Shown piece by piece: positions 50,966-64,000 of a DNA stretch of 64,000 bases. The notes under the pieces were generated by a model. It did not search any database. It was given only the letters and a program-made list of their open reading frames with translations, and was not told where the DNA came from. How positions within the stretch are numbered: position 1 is the stretch's first letter; each line of letters opens with the position of its first letter. A program made the translations under genes and the position numbers. Source of the DNA: Camelus ferus (taxonomy: Eukaryota); contig NC_045697.1 in the NCBI RefSeq assembly GCF_009834535.1, forward strand, positions 93,498,001 to 93,562,000, given 5' to 3'.

Positions 50966-52459
50966 GAGTCTACCTGCCAAATACTGTAAATAAAAAGCGT
51001 CAAACCTTTTACATGCTTAGAATTGTAAATAACCATAAAAATAGTCCAAATCACCTATTTTATGGATGAACAAACTGAGGCTTAAGTTACCTGTATAACT
51101 AGTTATAATTTAAGGGCAAAATATTATTTTTAAGGGCTAAAGACCTTTTCTTCAAATTGACAGATTGGTGGAATGTTTGAGAGGGTAATCACACTCCAAG
51201 ACAAGTCACTCAGAGAATTTAAGAGGCTTTGTTGAAGCTCTCAATGTTCAGCATGTTAGTATTATTCCAGCAGCCTCCTATTCACAGGTCAGGTCACAGT
51301 TGTGACTCTCTTAAATTCTCTAGTTTCTATTTTAAACAGTATTTATTTTAAATAACAGTGTCTTTGAGGGGCTTATTTTTAAGAAAAAAATGTTCCATAA
51401 TAGGATGATTAAAATTTAAAAAAGGTTCACTTTATTTATATTCAACAATCACTTATTTAAGCACCTAAAATATGCTAGTCCCTATGCTTAGAGTCAGGGG
51501 TTAAAAAAAGAAATGAAGGAAAAAAAAATACAATAAAATTCCTGTTCTTAAAGTCAAGAATGTTGCAAGGGATAAAAATTTAAGTAAACAAAATTAAGTG
51601 AGCTTGTTAATATTGGAGCAAATCAAAATTTATCTTTTTAAAACTGTGATATATTTTAGATTATTTTAACAGACAAATTTTCAGTAAAAGGATAGATAAG
51701 CTAGACATTATCCCAATGTGTTAAATATTGAGTCCAAATATATTTTATATTTTTTTCTGCGACAATTTTTTATTTTACCTTATATATGCATTATGAATCT
51801 CAAAGAAAGGGATAGTCCCTAGAGCCCCTATATGCAAATTAGAAAGTGCCCTGGCCGGTTGGTCTCTCAGGAGGAGCAGTTCAGAACCTTGGTTGCAGAG
51901 GCCCTGACTGTTCAAATACTTGCACCGGTGCTCTAACCTCCTCCCACACATGTCAGAAATGTGGCCTGTCATTTATGCCATTAATAGTATAAACAATCCA
52001 AATTTTCCCCATCCAAAATTGAAGGAAAATATTGGATTTGATGTTAGCCAAGAATAAGAATCAAGAACTATGAAGTGTTAGATTGGAAAAGAAAATGACC
52101 TCAGGACCTAGTACACCTGATAACATGGTCAGGACAGACTTATTGTTCTGCTCCATTGAAAAAAGTGCTGTCAAGTGCACTGAGTGAATTTGTGGCCTTG
52201 TGCGAGGGTGAGGGTTTATGTAAAGGGGGATCTCTCCTCTGCTGCTCTAAGATTTCTCCAAAAGGCCTGGAATCTCTACCTGCCTCTGCCCTTTAATCTG
52301 TCATTATGTATCTGTGATGTGTATTGTTTCTTTCAAGTGGGACCTGTTTGCATTGAACAACCTGTATATCTGTACTGCACAGTTCTTAATGTAAGATGGT
52401 ATTTCATAAATTCACATGACTATAAAAATTATCCCATACATAGAACAGATTGATCATTT

Positions 52460-52785
52460 TAGAGGCACAGACTAGGGGGTGGGTGAAATGGATGAAGATG
52501 ATCAAAAGGTACAAAATTCCGGTTATAAAATAAGTGATAGGGATGTAATATATAGCATGCTGACTATAGTTAATAATACTGCATTGTGTATTTGGAAATT
52601 ATTACTAAGAGAGTAGGTTTTAAAAATTCTCATCAAAAGAAAAAATATTGTAACTATGTATGGTGATGGATATGAACTAGACTTATTGCTGTGATCATTT
52701 TGCAATACATATAAATATCAAATCATTACGTTGTACACTTGAAACTAATGTAACATTATATGTTAATTATACCTCAATTTAAGAA
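52460..52785 (+). mobile_element. L1 3' UTR (L1MA-type)
   Basis: GGGATGTAATATATAGCATGCTGACTATAGTTAATAATACTG...GTTGTACACTTGAAACTAATGTAACATTATATGTTAATTATACCTCAAT. Confidence 0.88.
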
Positions 52786-53339
52786 ACAATTTTTCTACTT
52801 CCAGGAACATTTTGGAAAACTTTTCTGTAGAGTTCAGTAAATATTGATAATGTATATTAAACAAGTATAATTTTAAATTTAATGAATTTAAAAGAATTTG
52901 AATTAATCATAAATAGTAATTAAATCAGTACAAATTATACCTTATAAAGCCCACTAAATGATACAAACAAAAGAAATAAACAAAATTGTTAAATAATACT
53001 CAGTAAACAACTAGAGTTACGATTAATATAATCCATAACTAACTACTGAAAAATTTAGATATTTAGCTTAAAGAGAGAAGTGACAGTAGAATGATTTATT
53101 TTCAGTTAGAGCACAGTAAACTTTTTTATTATTTTGAGTACAGTAGAATTCTATGTAAATAAATTTGACAACTTTATACATTAGCAGTGTCTCCCTACAT
53201 ATTTCATGTTTCAATATTGACACACTATTTTATTGTTGACTATTTTAAAACATTAATGTCATGAGATACTTTTAGGAAAGAAAACTATCAAATATCATGA
53301 TTTAAATGGATCTATTTTATTTATTTTTAATGAAAATAT

Positions 53340-56300
53340 GTTTCAAAAAATAACAGAAGGCACAAATTAGCAATATCAGGAATAAAGAGGAGGTATCCAA
53401 ACTGCCTCCACAGATATTAAAGGGTGAGGAAATACTCCAAACAGTTGTGTTCACATAATATAAAAGCAGATGAAATGTACTCATTCGGTAAAGACAGAAA
53501 TTACCGAAACACATTCAGGAAAAATAGTTAACCTGAATAGTTACACATATATTTAAAAATACTACATTTACAGTTAAAGCAGTTCCAAAAAGAGAACTCT
53601 GCTTCTGCTTGGCTGCACCGCTAAAATCTACCAAACTTTTAAGGGGGAAATAGTACTGACTTCAGAACTTCTTGCAGAAAATAGAAGAGCAAAACTTCTT
53701 TTGAGAAGCAAACTTATGTATTGGGATAAAGATGTCAGGATAAAACACACATATGGACCAGTGTTTATCCTGAACAGAGACAGAAAATTCTTCAATAAAA
53801 TATTAGCAGATTGAATCCAGTAACCTGTATCTATATCTACACCTATATAATGCTGTATCTGTATCTGTATTTGTATCTATCTATATCACTAACAAGCAAT
53901 CCCAATTTCTTATTTTACTTTATATATATATATACTTTTTTATTGAAGTATAGTCAATTTGCAATGTTGTGTCAATTTCTAGTGTACAGCATAATGCTTC
54001 AGTCATGTATGAACATACATATATTTGTTTTTATATTCTTTTTCAACTTAAGTTACTATAAGATATTGAATTTAGTTCCTTTTGCTATACAGTTTGAACT
54101 TGTGTATCTATTTTGTATATATATTAGTATCTGCAAATCTCGAACTCCCACTTTATCCCATCTTATCCCCTCCCTTCCTAGGTAACCATAAGTTTGTTTC
54201 TATGTCTGTGAGTCTATTTTTGTTTTGTAAATAAGTTTGTTTGTCTTTTTAAATCAACATCCATTAATGATGAAATAGTCTAAGAAAACAAAAGAGCTTC
54301 CGTCATTTGATAAAGAGCATGTCCAAAAAGGCATAGAGCTAACATCATACTTAAGGATAATGACTTAATAGTTTCTCCCAAAAATGGGAAATTAGGCAAT
54401 AAATCTGTATCTATTGATATTATTATGTGTTTTTTCTTGTTATAGCTGTTAATATGGTGAGTTACTGTATTTGATTTTTTTTTTCCAACTTTGCGTTCCT
54501 GGAAAAACCCACTTGGTTAGATCTGATTTGCTAATACTTTATTTATACCTGTGTTTGGGAGGGGAAGGTCTTGGTTTTGTTTGTAGTTTCATTCTCTCAC
54601 CACTCCTATTGAGTATTTTCTTGGAAGTCCTAGCAGTTTCACTAGGGCAAGAAACATAAATGTATTCAGGTTACAGAGGTAGAAACAAAACTATACTTAT
54701 TCACAGGTGACATGAGTGTATATGTAGAAAGTCCCCAAAAATCTACCAAAAAAGCTCATAGAAATAATAAATGATTTTAGCAACTTTAGAATATATAAGA
54801 ACATGAATATGCAAAACATTTTTAATATAATAGGAATAAACAACAACTAAAATTTTAAAAAGAATATCAGCTGCAGTGGTTCCCACAAATGTGAAATGCT
54901 TAGGTACAAATCTTATATAGGATGAATACATCTGTGTGCTAAAAACCAAGAAATGTTGATGAAAGAGATCAAAGAAGGCATAAGTAAATAGAATGGCATG
55001 CTGTGTTCACATTTAGAAGACTCAATATAGTTAAGATGTTACTTTTCTTCAAATAAATTTATCAGTTTAATGCAAACCTCATGAAAATCCCAACAGGATT
55101 CTTTGCAGATACAAACAAGTTGATTGTAAAATTTATATGGAATGTTAAAGGAACTTGAATAGCCAAACCATTTTGAAATAAAAAAAAGTTGGAGAACTCA
55201 AATTTATCAGACTTTAAGAAATAATATAATTCTACAGCAGTCCAGGCAGTATGAAGTCAGTGAAAAGTAAGACTTACGAACTAACAGAAGAGAATAGAAG
55301 ATCCATAAATACAGACACATATATATTTTAATTAATCTTTTGACAAATGTACAATGGTAATAAAATGGATAATGAATACTCTTTTTAACAAATGGACCTG
55401 TAAGGATCAGTCCACTTTGGTCAAGGGGAAAAAAAAAAAACTACAACTTACATAAAAATTAACTCAAAATGCATTATCAGCCTTAAAATAAAACATACAA
55501 TTACAGATCTCTTAGAAGAAATCATTGAAAAAATGACTGTTGATTAGGCAGAGTTAATAGATATGACACTCAAAGCACAATCTGTAAGAGAAAAGTCAGT
55601 AAATAAGACATCATAAAAATTAAAAACTCTCTCTGTGAAGGACATTGTTAAGAGACTAAAATGGCAAGCTACAGACTGAAGGGAAATATTTGCAAACTAA
55701 ATATCAGACAAATAACTTGTGTCCAGAATGTATAAAGAACTCTCAAAACAGAATAAGGAAAGCAGCAACCCAAAATAAAAACGGGCAAAAGATTTGAACA
55801 GGTGTTCCACAAAAGAAGATATATGAGATGTAAATAAGCAAATGAAAAAATATTCTCATCTTTTTTAGTCATTTAGGAAATGGAAATTAATAAATACATG
55901 ATGATACCATTATACACCTGTTATAATGGCTTAAAAAAGAGCAAGGATGTAAACAAGAAAACCACTCAGATGTTGATTATGGGAATGCGAAATGATACGG
56001 TTTCTCTGAAATATGGTGTGGAAGTTTCTTTTAAACTTAAAAATAGTTACTGAATCACCTAGGATTTACATTTATTCTAAGTATTTATGCTAAAGACATG
56101 AAAACTATGTTCGTACAAAAACCTAAACATAAATGTTTTAAAATGGCATTATTGATAGTTGCCAAAACCTGGAAACAATCTCAATGTCCATTAATAGGTG
56201 AATGGATAAACAAACATGGAAAGTTCTCAAAGGACATAGGCTAAGTGAAAGAGTCCAGACTTAAAATGTGACATCCTCTGTGATTCTATTTATGTGACAT

Positions 56301-56470
56301 TCTATATAAGGCAAAAACATAGGAACAGCATGACAGAATTCTTTGGGCTGTTTGAAATGTCTGCCAGTTTCCTGTGGTTGTGCTTATTAGAAACCATGCA
56401 TGTATAAAAATATAAATTAGTGTACATCAAAAAAGTGATTTTTGTAGTATATAAATTAATAATAGTAACC
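53340..56470 (+). mobile_element. Old L1 ORF2 and 3' UTR, fragmented
   Basis: Colinear ORF2-like segments (IQHP.MMK, LSPLLL..FLEVLA, LFTGDMSVYVE, WKQSQCP) with many disablements. Confidence 0.88.
53925..54250 (-). mobile_element. Young antisense L1 3' end (camelid type) nested in the older L1
   Basis: TTTTTTATTGAAGTATAGTCAATTTGCAATGTTGTGTC...GGTAACCATAAGTTTGTTTCTATGTCTGTGAGTC. Confidence 0.88.
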
Positions 56471-59104
56471 AGTAACATTTTATAATACACTGAGCTAGAG
56501 CTAAAATAAGATCATGGATATTATTTTTAATAATTAAATATATTACTCTTCTTTGTAAAATACCTTTTATAAAACCAATTTTTCCATATAGATGTTACAT
56601 TCGTTATTCTGTTACAAGGGGATGTCAATCTAGATAAATACGTAGCCTTTTTAAAATGTAGTGGCAAACTAAGAGTGCATTTCTTGCCCTATTGTGTTGC
56701 GAAATTCTTTCTGTCAAGTTTTATAATTCTTCAGAGAATAAAATTACTTGCTACTGATATTGTAGAAAATATTTTGAAAACTCATAGTAATGGCTGAGAC
56801 AGCAGATAATAGAAGTCTTCTTCATCTCATGGTGGCCAGATCAATACCAAGTTGAGGTCAGTACAGTCAGTAATAAGAGCTGATCCAGAAAGACAGCTAG
56901 TTACCACCATAGGTAGAAGTCAGACAGCTGTGTTACGATCTTAGAGATGGCTAAGCCATTTATAGTAGTTATATTCACACCTTTAAATGAGAAAAGTGAA
57001 CTCCACAACCTGAGATTTAGAACATTATTTGAGGGAAATTGCAGCATTGCAACTCTTGATTTAAAAATAAAAGGAAAAACAGGAAAAGCAACTATATATA
57101 TTTTAAATACATCGTTTCAACTTACCTAAAACTGTTATAGGTAAAAAGAACAAATTTATTTTCAAAGAAATATGTTTATTCTATATTTATTCATAGAATG
57201 CTGCTTAAAATTAATTTACTACTACATTGAAAATATTAAAGACACAATTAAACAATTGTTTCTTTTATATTTCATGCATTCAAGTTCAGTGAATTTAAAT
57301 AATGTTAACATTTTTAATAATGTAAATTATTTAATTAAGAAATAGCACAACGTACTTTTCTTCTTTTCCGGCTTGACAGTCTTCTGGAGCTTTGGATACT
57401 TTCAGGGCACTAGTATTATTTCATCATCTTTTCCATTTGAATGATATATTTTTTTCACCATATTGTGAAGGAATACTTTTCAAGAATTATTCCTACCCTT
57501 TCGCAGCAAATTTTTATTAGATGCATAGTAATTAGATTAAAATTTATTGTTCTGTATTTTATCAAGTCCAGAATGAATAGGAGGATTGCTTGGGGTTTTT
57601 GTGTATGTGAATAATTGCGTAAAGAATTATTTGGTTATGTGTTCCCGTATAAACAAATTTTGTTAACCTTAAAGAAAGCTCTCAGGTGTGGATATTTGTT
57701 GGAGATAATGTCCTCTTAGCATCACTTGCAGTTTATTTATAAAATAATTAAATCACCTCCTACACTGAATATTAAACAAGTCTCCAGAATATTCTTATGT
57801 ATAAATATAAGTACCTTATTTGGAAATTCACCAAAATCGTGTATTCCAGGATGTTTCCATGTTAAATTTAAATTTCAAATACAATTTTTCAAAAACACAA
57901 TTGTTTTCCATGGAGTTCTAATAATTTATTTAAAAAGTGCTTTTCCTGCTGCATTTGTAACTGAATGTTGTATTATCCTAAGAAAAGTCATAGCATAGGG
58001 ATTTTGTAGTAGGCTAGAAAGTTAGAGGAGTTATTTGGTTATTTCTTCCTCTTTTTTGAGGGAAGATGAGCACCAACAGCAACACAGTGCTATTGAGAAG
58101 GGAAAAAAAAATGGTTTATGAGATATTGAGAAAGTAGAATGAATAGAACTTTTGATTAAATAGTTCAGGGAGGTTAAGAAAAGTGAGTCAGGATGACCAG
58201 TGTTTCGTTTTGTTGACCTGGGTGATGATGCTGACTTGCAGTAATCACTGGAATACAGGAGGGGACAGGTTAGTGGGGAAGAGAAGGAAGTTACATTTAG
58301 ATGGGAAGTAAAATTTGCTCTTAATTAACTATGCATTGATTGCATTTGTTATAGTATTTCCAAAGAAGAGTTATTAATATGCATTATCTATCATTTTGTG
58401 CTGAGTCCAAATCCACTCACTAAAATCAGAGAGATGAAAAACAATGGTTCTGAAACTCCCTAGCATCTTTTATCAAAAATTTAGTTTCTGCCTAAATTAT
58501 CACAAGGGAAAAGACATCCTGTTTTTCATGAGAGCACTAAAAAAATTATCTTAAGAATGAAATTTCAACTTAATACATTTCCTAACCACTGCGACACAGG
58601 ATAGATGACTGATACTGATATTTTCATTATGCTAACCAAAGTTCCAAAGAAGAAAGAAAATGAGTCTTAAATTTAAAATGCTTTTCCCTGAGATTTGATC
58701 TTTCTTTATAGACCCCTATTTCATCTTTATATATTAATTTATAAATATATTTAGAATATAAATCAGAATTTTATAAAATCACATTAATTTCATTAGCTCT
58801 AAGAAGATGATCCAAATAAGAGACATAAGTGTGTGTGTATTTGTGTATATATGTGTGTATATATATATATATATCTCCTGCAATCCTGAGTATTTATCTT
58901 TTCCATATTTCAAATACCATCCACCTGTAGAATATTTTTCACCAATCAGAATGAAAATTTAGCCCATTATTCATAATTAGATTTAAACAATTTTTCCTTT
59001 TGTTAGAGCATATTTTAACCAGCATGTTGTGTTTGCTGCTTTTAATGTACTAACCATGACAAATTCTACCTTGTTTCTGGTATGGACTAGTAATTGCTTA
59101 TACA

Positions 59105-59735
59105 TTAATATAAAAACTGCCACAAACCATAAGAAAATATTTGCAGAAGACATATGTGATAATGGACTGCTATCCAAAACATAAAAAGAAATCTCAACAA
59201 TAGGAAATCAAACCATTCCATTTAAAAGTAGACCAAAGACTTTTAAGAGACATGTCACCAAAAAAAGATATACAGATGGCAAATAAGCATATGAAAAGAT
59301 GTTCCACATCATCTGTCATCGGGGGAATGCAAATGAAAACAACAGTGAGATACTATTAGACTTCTATTAAAATGGCCGAAATCCAGAAGACTGTTAACAC
59401 CGAATGCTGGCAAGAATGTGGAGTAACAAGAGCTCTCATTCACTGCTGGTGGGAAGGCATAATGGCACAGCCACCAAGACAGCTTGGTCATTCCTTATAA
59501 AACTAAACATACTCTTACAATCCAGCACTTGCACTCCTTGGTACTTTCCCGAAGGAGCTGAAAACTATGTCTACAAAAAAATCCTTCACAAAGACAAGTG
59601 TACCACTCTAATGGGAAATATTCATAATGAAGAGGCTGTGCATGCGTGGGTACACTGGCATATGGGAAATCTCTGTAGGTTTCTCTCAATTTTGCTGTGA
59701 ACCTAAAACTGCTCTAAATACTACTAAAGAAAAAG
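59105..59735 (+). mobile_element. L1 ORF2 C-terminus and 3' UTR with internal deletion
   Basis: GAAAATATTTGCAG...AAGATATACAGATGGCAAATAAGCATATGAAAAGATG...TTTTGCTGTGAACCTAAAACTGCTCT. Confidence 0.88.
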
Positions 59736-60149
59736 AACCTTTTTATCTACAAAAGAGTAGAATGAAGTTGAACAGCAGAGTTTTAAAAAAAGATGTGGGT
59801 TATGAACTTATAATTTATTCCCTTTAGGACACCTGAAAGATATTAATAGCAAACAAATAAAGATTAGGAAAGAATACTGTCCCATATACATATATACTCA
59901 TCTTTAAAGCATTTATTGTTTGAATACAATCCCTTTGTATAATTTATCATAGTACATTTATTAAATACATACTTTATTTTTCATTCAATTTAGACCTACA
60001 TACATTTTCAAATTTTTGCCTTCAGATTGTTGTAAGTATAATATCACACATACATTTTTTCATTCCCCTACTTTTTCTTAGAAAAGCTTTGAATAAATAA
60101 AACATTGTCTGCATACTTTTAAATTGTCTGCACTTTTAAAATTCATAAT

Positions 60150-61231
60150 TGATGTTTTTATTGAAGTATAGTTGATTTACAATATTGTGTTTATTTTTGG
60201 TGTATAGCGTAGTGATTCATTTATAGATTTATATAGTCCTTTTCATATTCTTTTTCATTATAGGCTATTACAAGGTATTGAATATAGTTCCCTGTGCTAT
60301 ACAGTGGGATCTTGTTGTTTATATATTTTATATATAGTAGTTAGTATCTATAAACCTCAAACTCCCAAGTTATCCTCCCCCCCCCCCATTTCCCCTCTGG
60401 TAACCATTAGTTGGTTTTCTATGTAAGTCTGTCTCTGTTTTGTAAATAGGCTTATTTATGTCCTTTTTTCTTTAGATTCCACATATAAATAATATATGAC
60501 ATTTTCTTTCTCTTTCTAGCTTATTTCACTTAATATGACAATCTCCAGGTCTGTCCATGTTACTGCAGATGGCATTATTTTATTCTTTTTTATGGCTAAG
60601 TAGTATTCCATTATATATTATTATTATTATTCCATTTTATATATATATGTGTGTGTATGTGTGTGTGAGTGTGTGTGTGTGTGTGTATACCACAGCTTCT
60701 TTATCCAGTCATCTGTTGATGGACATTTAGGTTGCTTCCATGTCTTGGATATTGTATATAGTGCTGCTATGAACATTTGAGTGCATGTATCTTTTTGAAT
60801 TAGATTTCATTTAAGTATAGTTGATGTACAATATTATATGTTACAGGTGTACAATATAATGAGTCACAATTTTTAAAGGTTATACTTCATTTATATTTAT
60901 TATAAAATATTGACTATATTCCTTGTGTTTTATAATATATCCTTGTAGCTTATTTTATACCTAATAGTTTGTACCTCTTAATCCTCTATCCCAGTATTAC
61001 TACTCCTCCCTTCCCCTCTCCACTGGTATTCACTAGTTTTTCTCTGTCTCTTATGAATCTCCTTCTTTTTTGTTATATTCACTAGTTTTTTGTATTTTTT
61101 AGTTTCCACATATTGGTGATATTCAGTATTTGTCTTTGTGACTTATTTCACTAAATGTAATACCCTCCAAGACCATCCATGTTGTTGCAAATGGCAAAAT
61201 TTCATTGTTTTCCGTGGCTGAGTAGTATTCC

Positions 61232-61268
<37 letters not shown>

Positions 61269-61370
61269 CATCTTTAGCCATTCATCTGTTAATGGACACT
61301 TAGGTTGCTTCCATAACTTGGCTGTTGTAAATAATGCTGTTGTGAACATTGGGGTGCAAATATTTTTATA
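60150..61370 (-). mobile_element. Two consecutive antisense L1 3' ends, each with a (TG)n tract
   Basis: First copy 60150-60800 and second 60810-61370. ORF 61143-61382 ICTPMFTTALFTTAKLWKQPKCPLTDEW is the L1 ORF2 C-terminus. Confidence 0.92.
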
Positions 61371-61371
61371 A

Positions 61372-61975
61372 CCTGCCTGCACTCATCAAGGTCAAGCTCC
61401 CTTTGATTATCTTGGAAATTACATAGCTCCCAAGCTTCTTATAGCTTAACCTATATATCACAAGACACCTTTAATCACCCCCTATAGATATATAACACCT
61501 CTGAGGCTTAGTTCACCATAGTATTGGTTGCCTACATTGTTTTCAGGAACTTAGAGCTAGTTCTTGCCCGGCTCAAACTGGTCGAGACCACCAACCATTC
61601 AGCCGGGCCTGCTTGAATGCCAGAAGAATGGATGGATGAATAATCTTTTGACATCAGGAGGCCAAAAACTCCTACTAACACTGCCATTTTCTGAACATGA
61701 GTCCCATGAAGAAACATGTAATTCAGATATGCCTGCTCAGAGCAGTGATTACCTAGCCTTTTGCCTGCCTCCAATCACATTCCCTTGCTCCTCTGACCAC
61801 CCTATACCCACCCGTAAATACTCCAAGCTCTTCACTTTTGGGAAGGTGGATTTGAAACTTGTTCTCCCGTCTCCTCACTTGGCTGCCTCATGAACAAATC
61901 CTTTCTCTGCTGCAAACCTTGGCATCTCAGTGTTTGGCTTGTTGCGAATCAGCCACACAAACCTGGTTCAGTAGT
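61372..61975 (+). mobile_element. ERV LTR (MER74/MER89-like)
   Basis: GGTCGAGACCACCAACC...TTTTGACATCAGGAGGCCAAAAACTCC...GCCATTTTCTGAACATG...CTTTCTCTGCTGCAAAC. Confidence 0.7.
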
Positions 61976-63049
61976 ATTAGTAGCTGGTTATCATTTAAAA
62001 TAATTATCTCTATTTCTTCTTGAGACAATTTCCTAGGAAGTTCTGGGGCAATTGAAGGTGAGTCATACTCTGTATCCTTCTCTCCAAAATTCTTCAGGAC
62101 TCAGGAGAATGTCAGGGGAACTGGGCAAGTGGCAACAAATCTAGCCACTTCTCTTTTACCACTTCCGGCATTTCTTCAAAGCTGTTCTATGCATCACTTC
62201 TCCAAAGCAAACTGTTCATCCCAAGCTCATTGACAGGGCAGATTCAGACAAAGGAGGAAGAAGTAGAGCCTGCCTGCAGGTCCCTTCGGAGAAGTTAGCT
62301 CCCTTCCCACTCCTCCAGGCACAGGAGCCAAGATGCCCTCTTGGAGATTTGACACATCTCTTTTCTCCCTCTTCTTGTAGTGAGATAGGAGTGTCATGCC
62401 CACCTTCATTTACACTGTTTTTCTCCTTCTCAGTTGCCAGACAGAGATCCCTGAAGGCAGGGCTGTGTTCACTCCAGACATTTATTGTTCAATCCTAATT
62501 TTAAGATATATTAAGATCTTGTATCCAACACAGTAAGTTCAAGCTCAGAAAGAGGCTCAAATGCTAGCCCTGCCTAGGAATGCCTCCGACCTTGACCTGG
62601 GAAGGAGTGGATGGGGGAAGAACTAAACATCCATTAGGGCAGCAGAGCTGACACCCAGCAGACAGCCAGGATTGGTTCCTCTGTAAATCCCTCCCATCAA
62701 CAGGAGTATTTACGTTCCCCTCTCCCATCTCCCCAGCGTGGGCCCGAGCACTGGAAGATCCAGTGGGCACTGCAGAGAACTTCCATTTTTCCTCTTCTGC
62801 ATTGAAAGGAATTCATATTAGAAAATAAGATATTTCCACTTCTCCTAAATGTGCAGAGAAAGAAGTGTCATGATACAGAGAACTGCCTCCCTCTTGTTTG
62901 CTTTTGGAGCCTTTCTTCAGACACCTAAAGATCCTTTGGAGAACCAGCACGATGGAAAAAGGGGTGGGAGTATGTAAGAGACTTGCTTCATGCGTTTTTG
63001 GTTGTTTAGAGGTTTAAAGAGCCTGAGGCTTACTTACTTTCAGGTGAAC

Positions 63050-63475
63050 ACATTAACTTGCAAAACTTTTATAGATAACTTGCAAAACACAGGAAACCTC
63101 TAGGTTGGAGACAAAGTAATGTATTACTCATAGCACTGCAGGCAGCCTTGGCTTATGTTCGTGTAGTTTTCCACTGGCCCTCACCAGGGCAGTGCAGAGC
63201 AGATCCAGGGGGATGTGTCTGTGTTACATCTGAGAACCCCCGAGTTTAGGAAAACCCCATGTTTTATAAGAAGTCTTCTGGCAAATAGGCCTGGCATTTG
63301 CCTGAGGGAGACACTATTATCCTGGTCAGGAAACGTATCTTTCCTTCTCCAAAAGGAGACACCCATTCTATCTTTCAAGACTCTTTGTGGCATAAACATT
63401 CTTAAGATAATAGTTGTGGACAAAAACTATCACAAGCTGAGTAGGAACACCAGAAAACCACTACCCCCAACACAT
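63050..63475 (-). mobile_element. Old LTR-like element
   Basis: TATTACTCATAGCACTGCAGGCAGC...TTTATAAG...GGAGACAC repeated...CCCCAACA end. Confidence 0.5.
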
Positions 63476-64000
63476 AACACCAGGTGTTCTGTTTGGCAAA
63501 TAACTGTCCCTCCATTTGTATTTGTTTTTGTTTTGTTTTTGCACCAATTTATCCAGATCTTGCACCTCCCCTAGGGATAATTTGTGTCGTTGCATCTTTT
63601 TAAGCTGCAGTTAAAGCCCTGTACCTTTATCTGAACATAGAAACATGGAAATTAAGTGGCAAAGGAGTGCCTCACAAATATTACATTTGAAAAGTAAAGG
63701 AAGGTGAGGGTATATTTCTGGGTTTATGTATTATTTAGCAAACTTGGGTGAAGTTAATAGAGGATCTTCCTGCTTTCAATTGCTCTTTCACTAAGTAAAC
63801 TCAGTAAATGTATTTTAATCAAGTACTTCTGCCTTTCATGTAATGATAATATCAAATAGACACTGACCTTTTGTTTCCGGTTAATCTTACTTTTCAGTGT
63901 TATGACACTTAATAGATTTTTCATAAGTATTTTAATAGGACATTGAGAAGATGCAATGACACCTGCTAGCCAAGTAGCATTTTGATTTGGAATGTTGTCT

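Overview
AT-rich, CpG-poor mammalian genomic DNA, either a gene desert or a very large intron. It is most likely camelid, because it carries a Vic-1-like tRNA-derived SINE and camelid-type L1 3' ends. I found no intact protein-coding exon. Much of the window is decayed interspersed repeat: L1 fragments, three separate ERVL-class (LTR16/ERV3-16A3-like) provirus relics, MLT/ERV1 solo LTRs, hAT and Tigger MITEs, L2, MIR and microsatellites. Two things stand out. (1) A full-length, intronless, heavily disabled retrocopy of RBP2 (cellular retinol-binding protein II) lies on the minus strand at ~39.0-39.7 kb. It is the only CpG island in the window (~35 CpGs in ~650 bp) and carries strong splice-donor motifs, so it is a candidate retrocopy-derived promoter or germline DMR. 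(2) A diverged ~236-bp tandem dimer, which looks like orphan satellite DNA, is inserted cleanly inside an LTR16 at ~29.6-30.1 kb. Repeat family names come from recalled consensus sequences, not a database search. Boundaries are approximate unless TSDs or TIRs are quoted.
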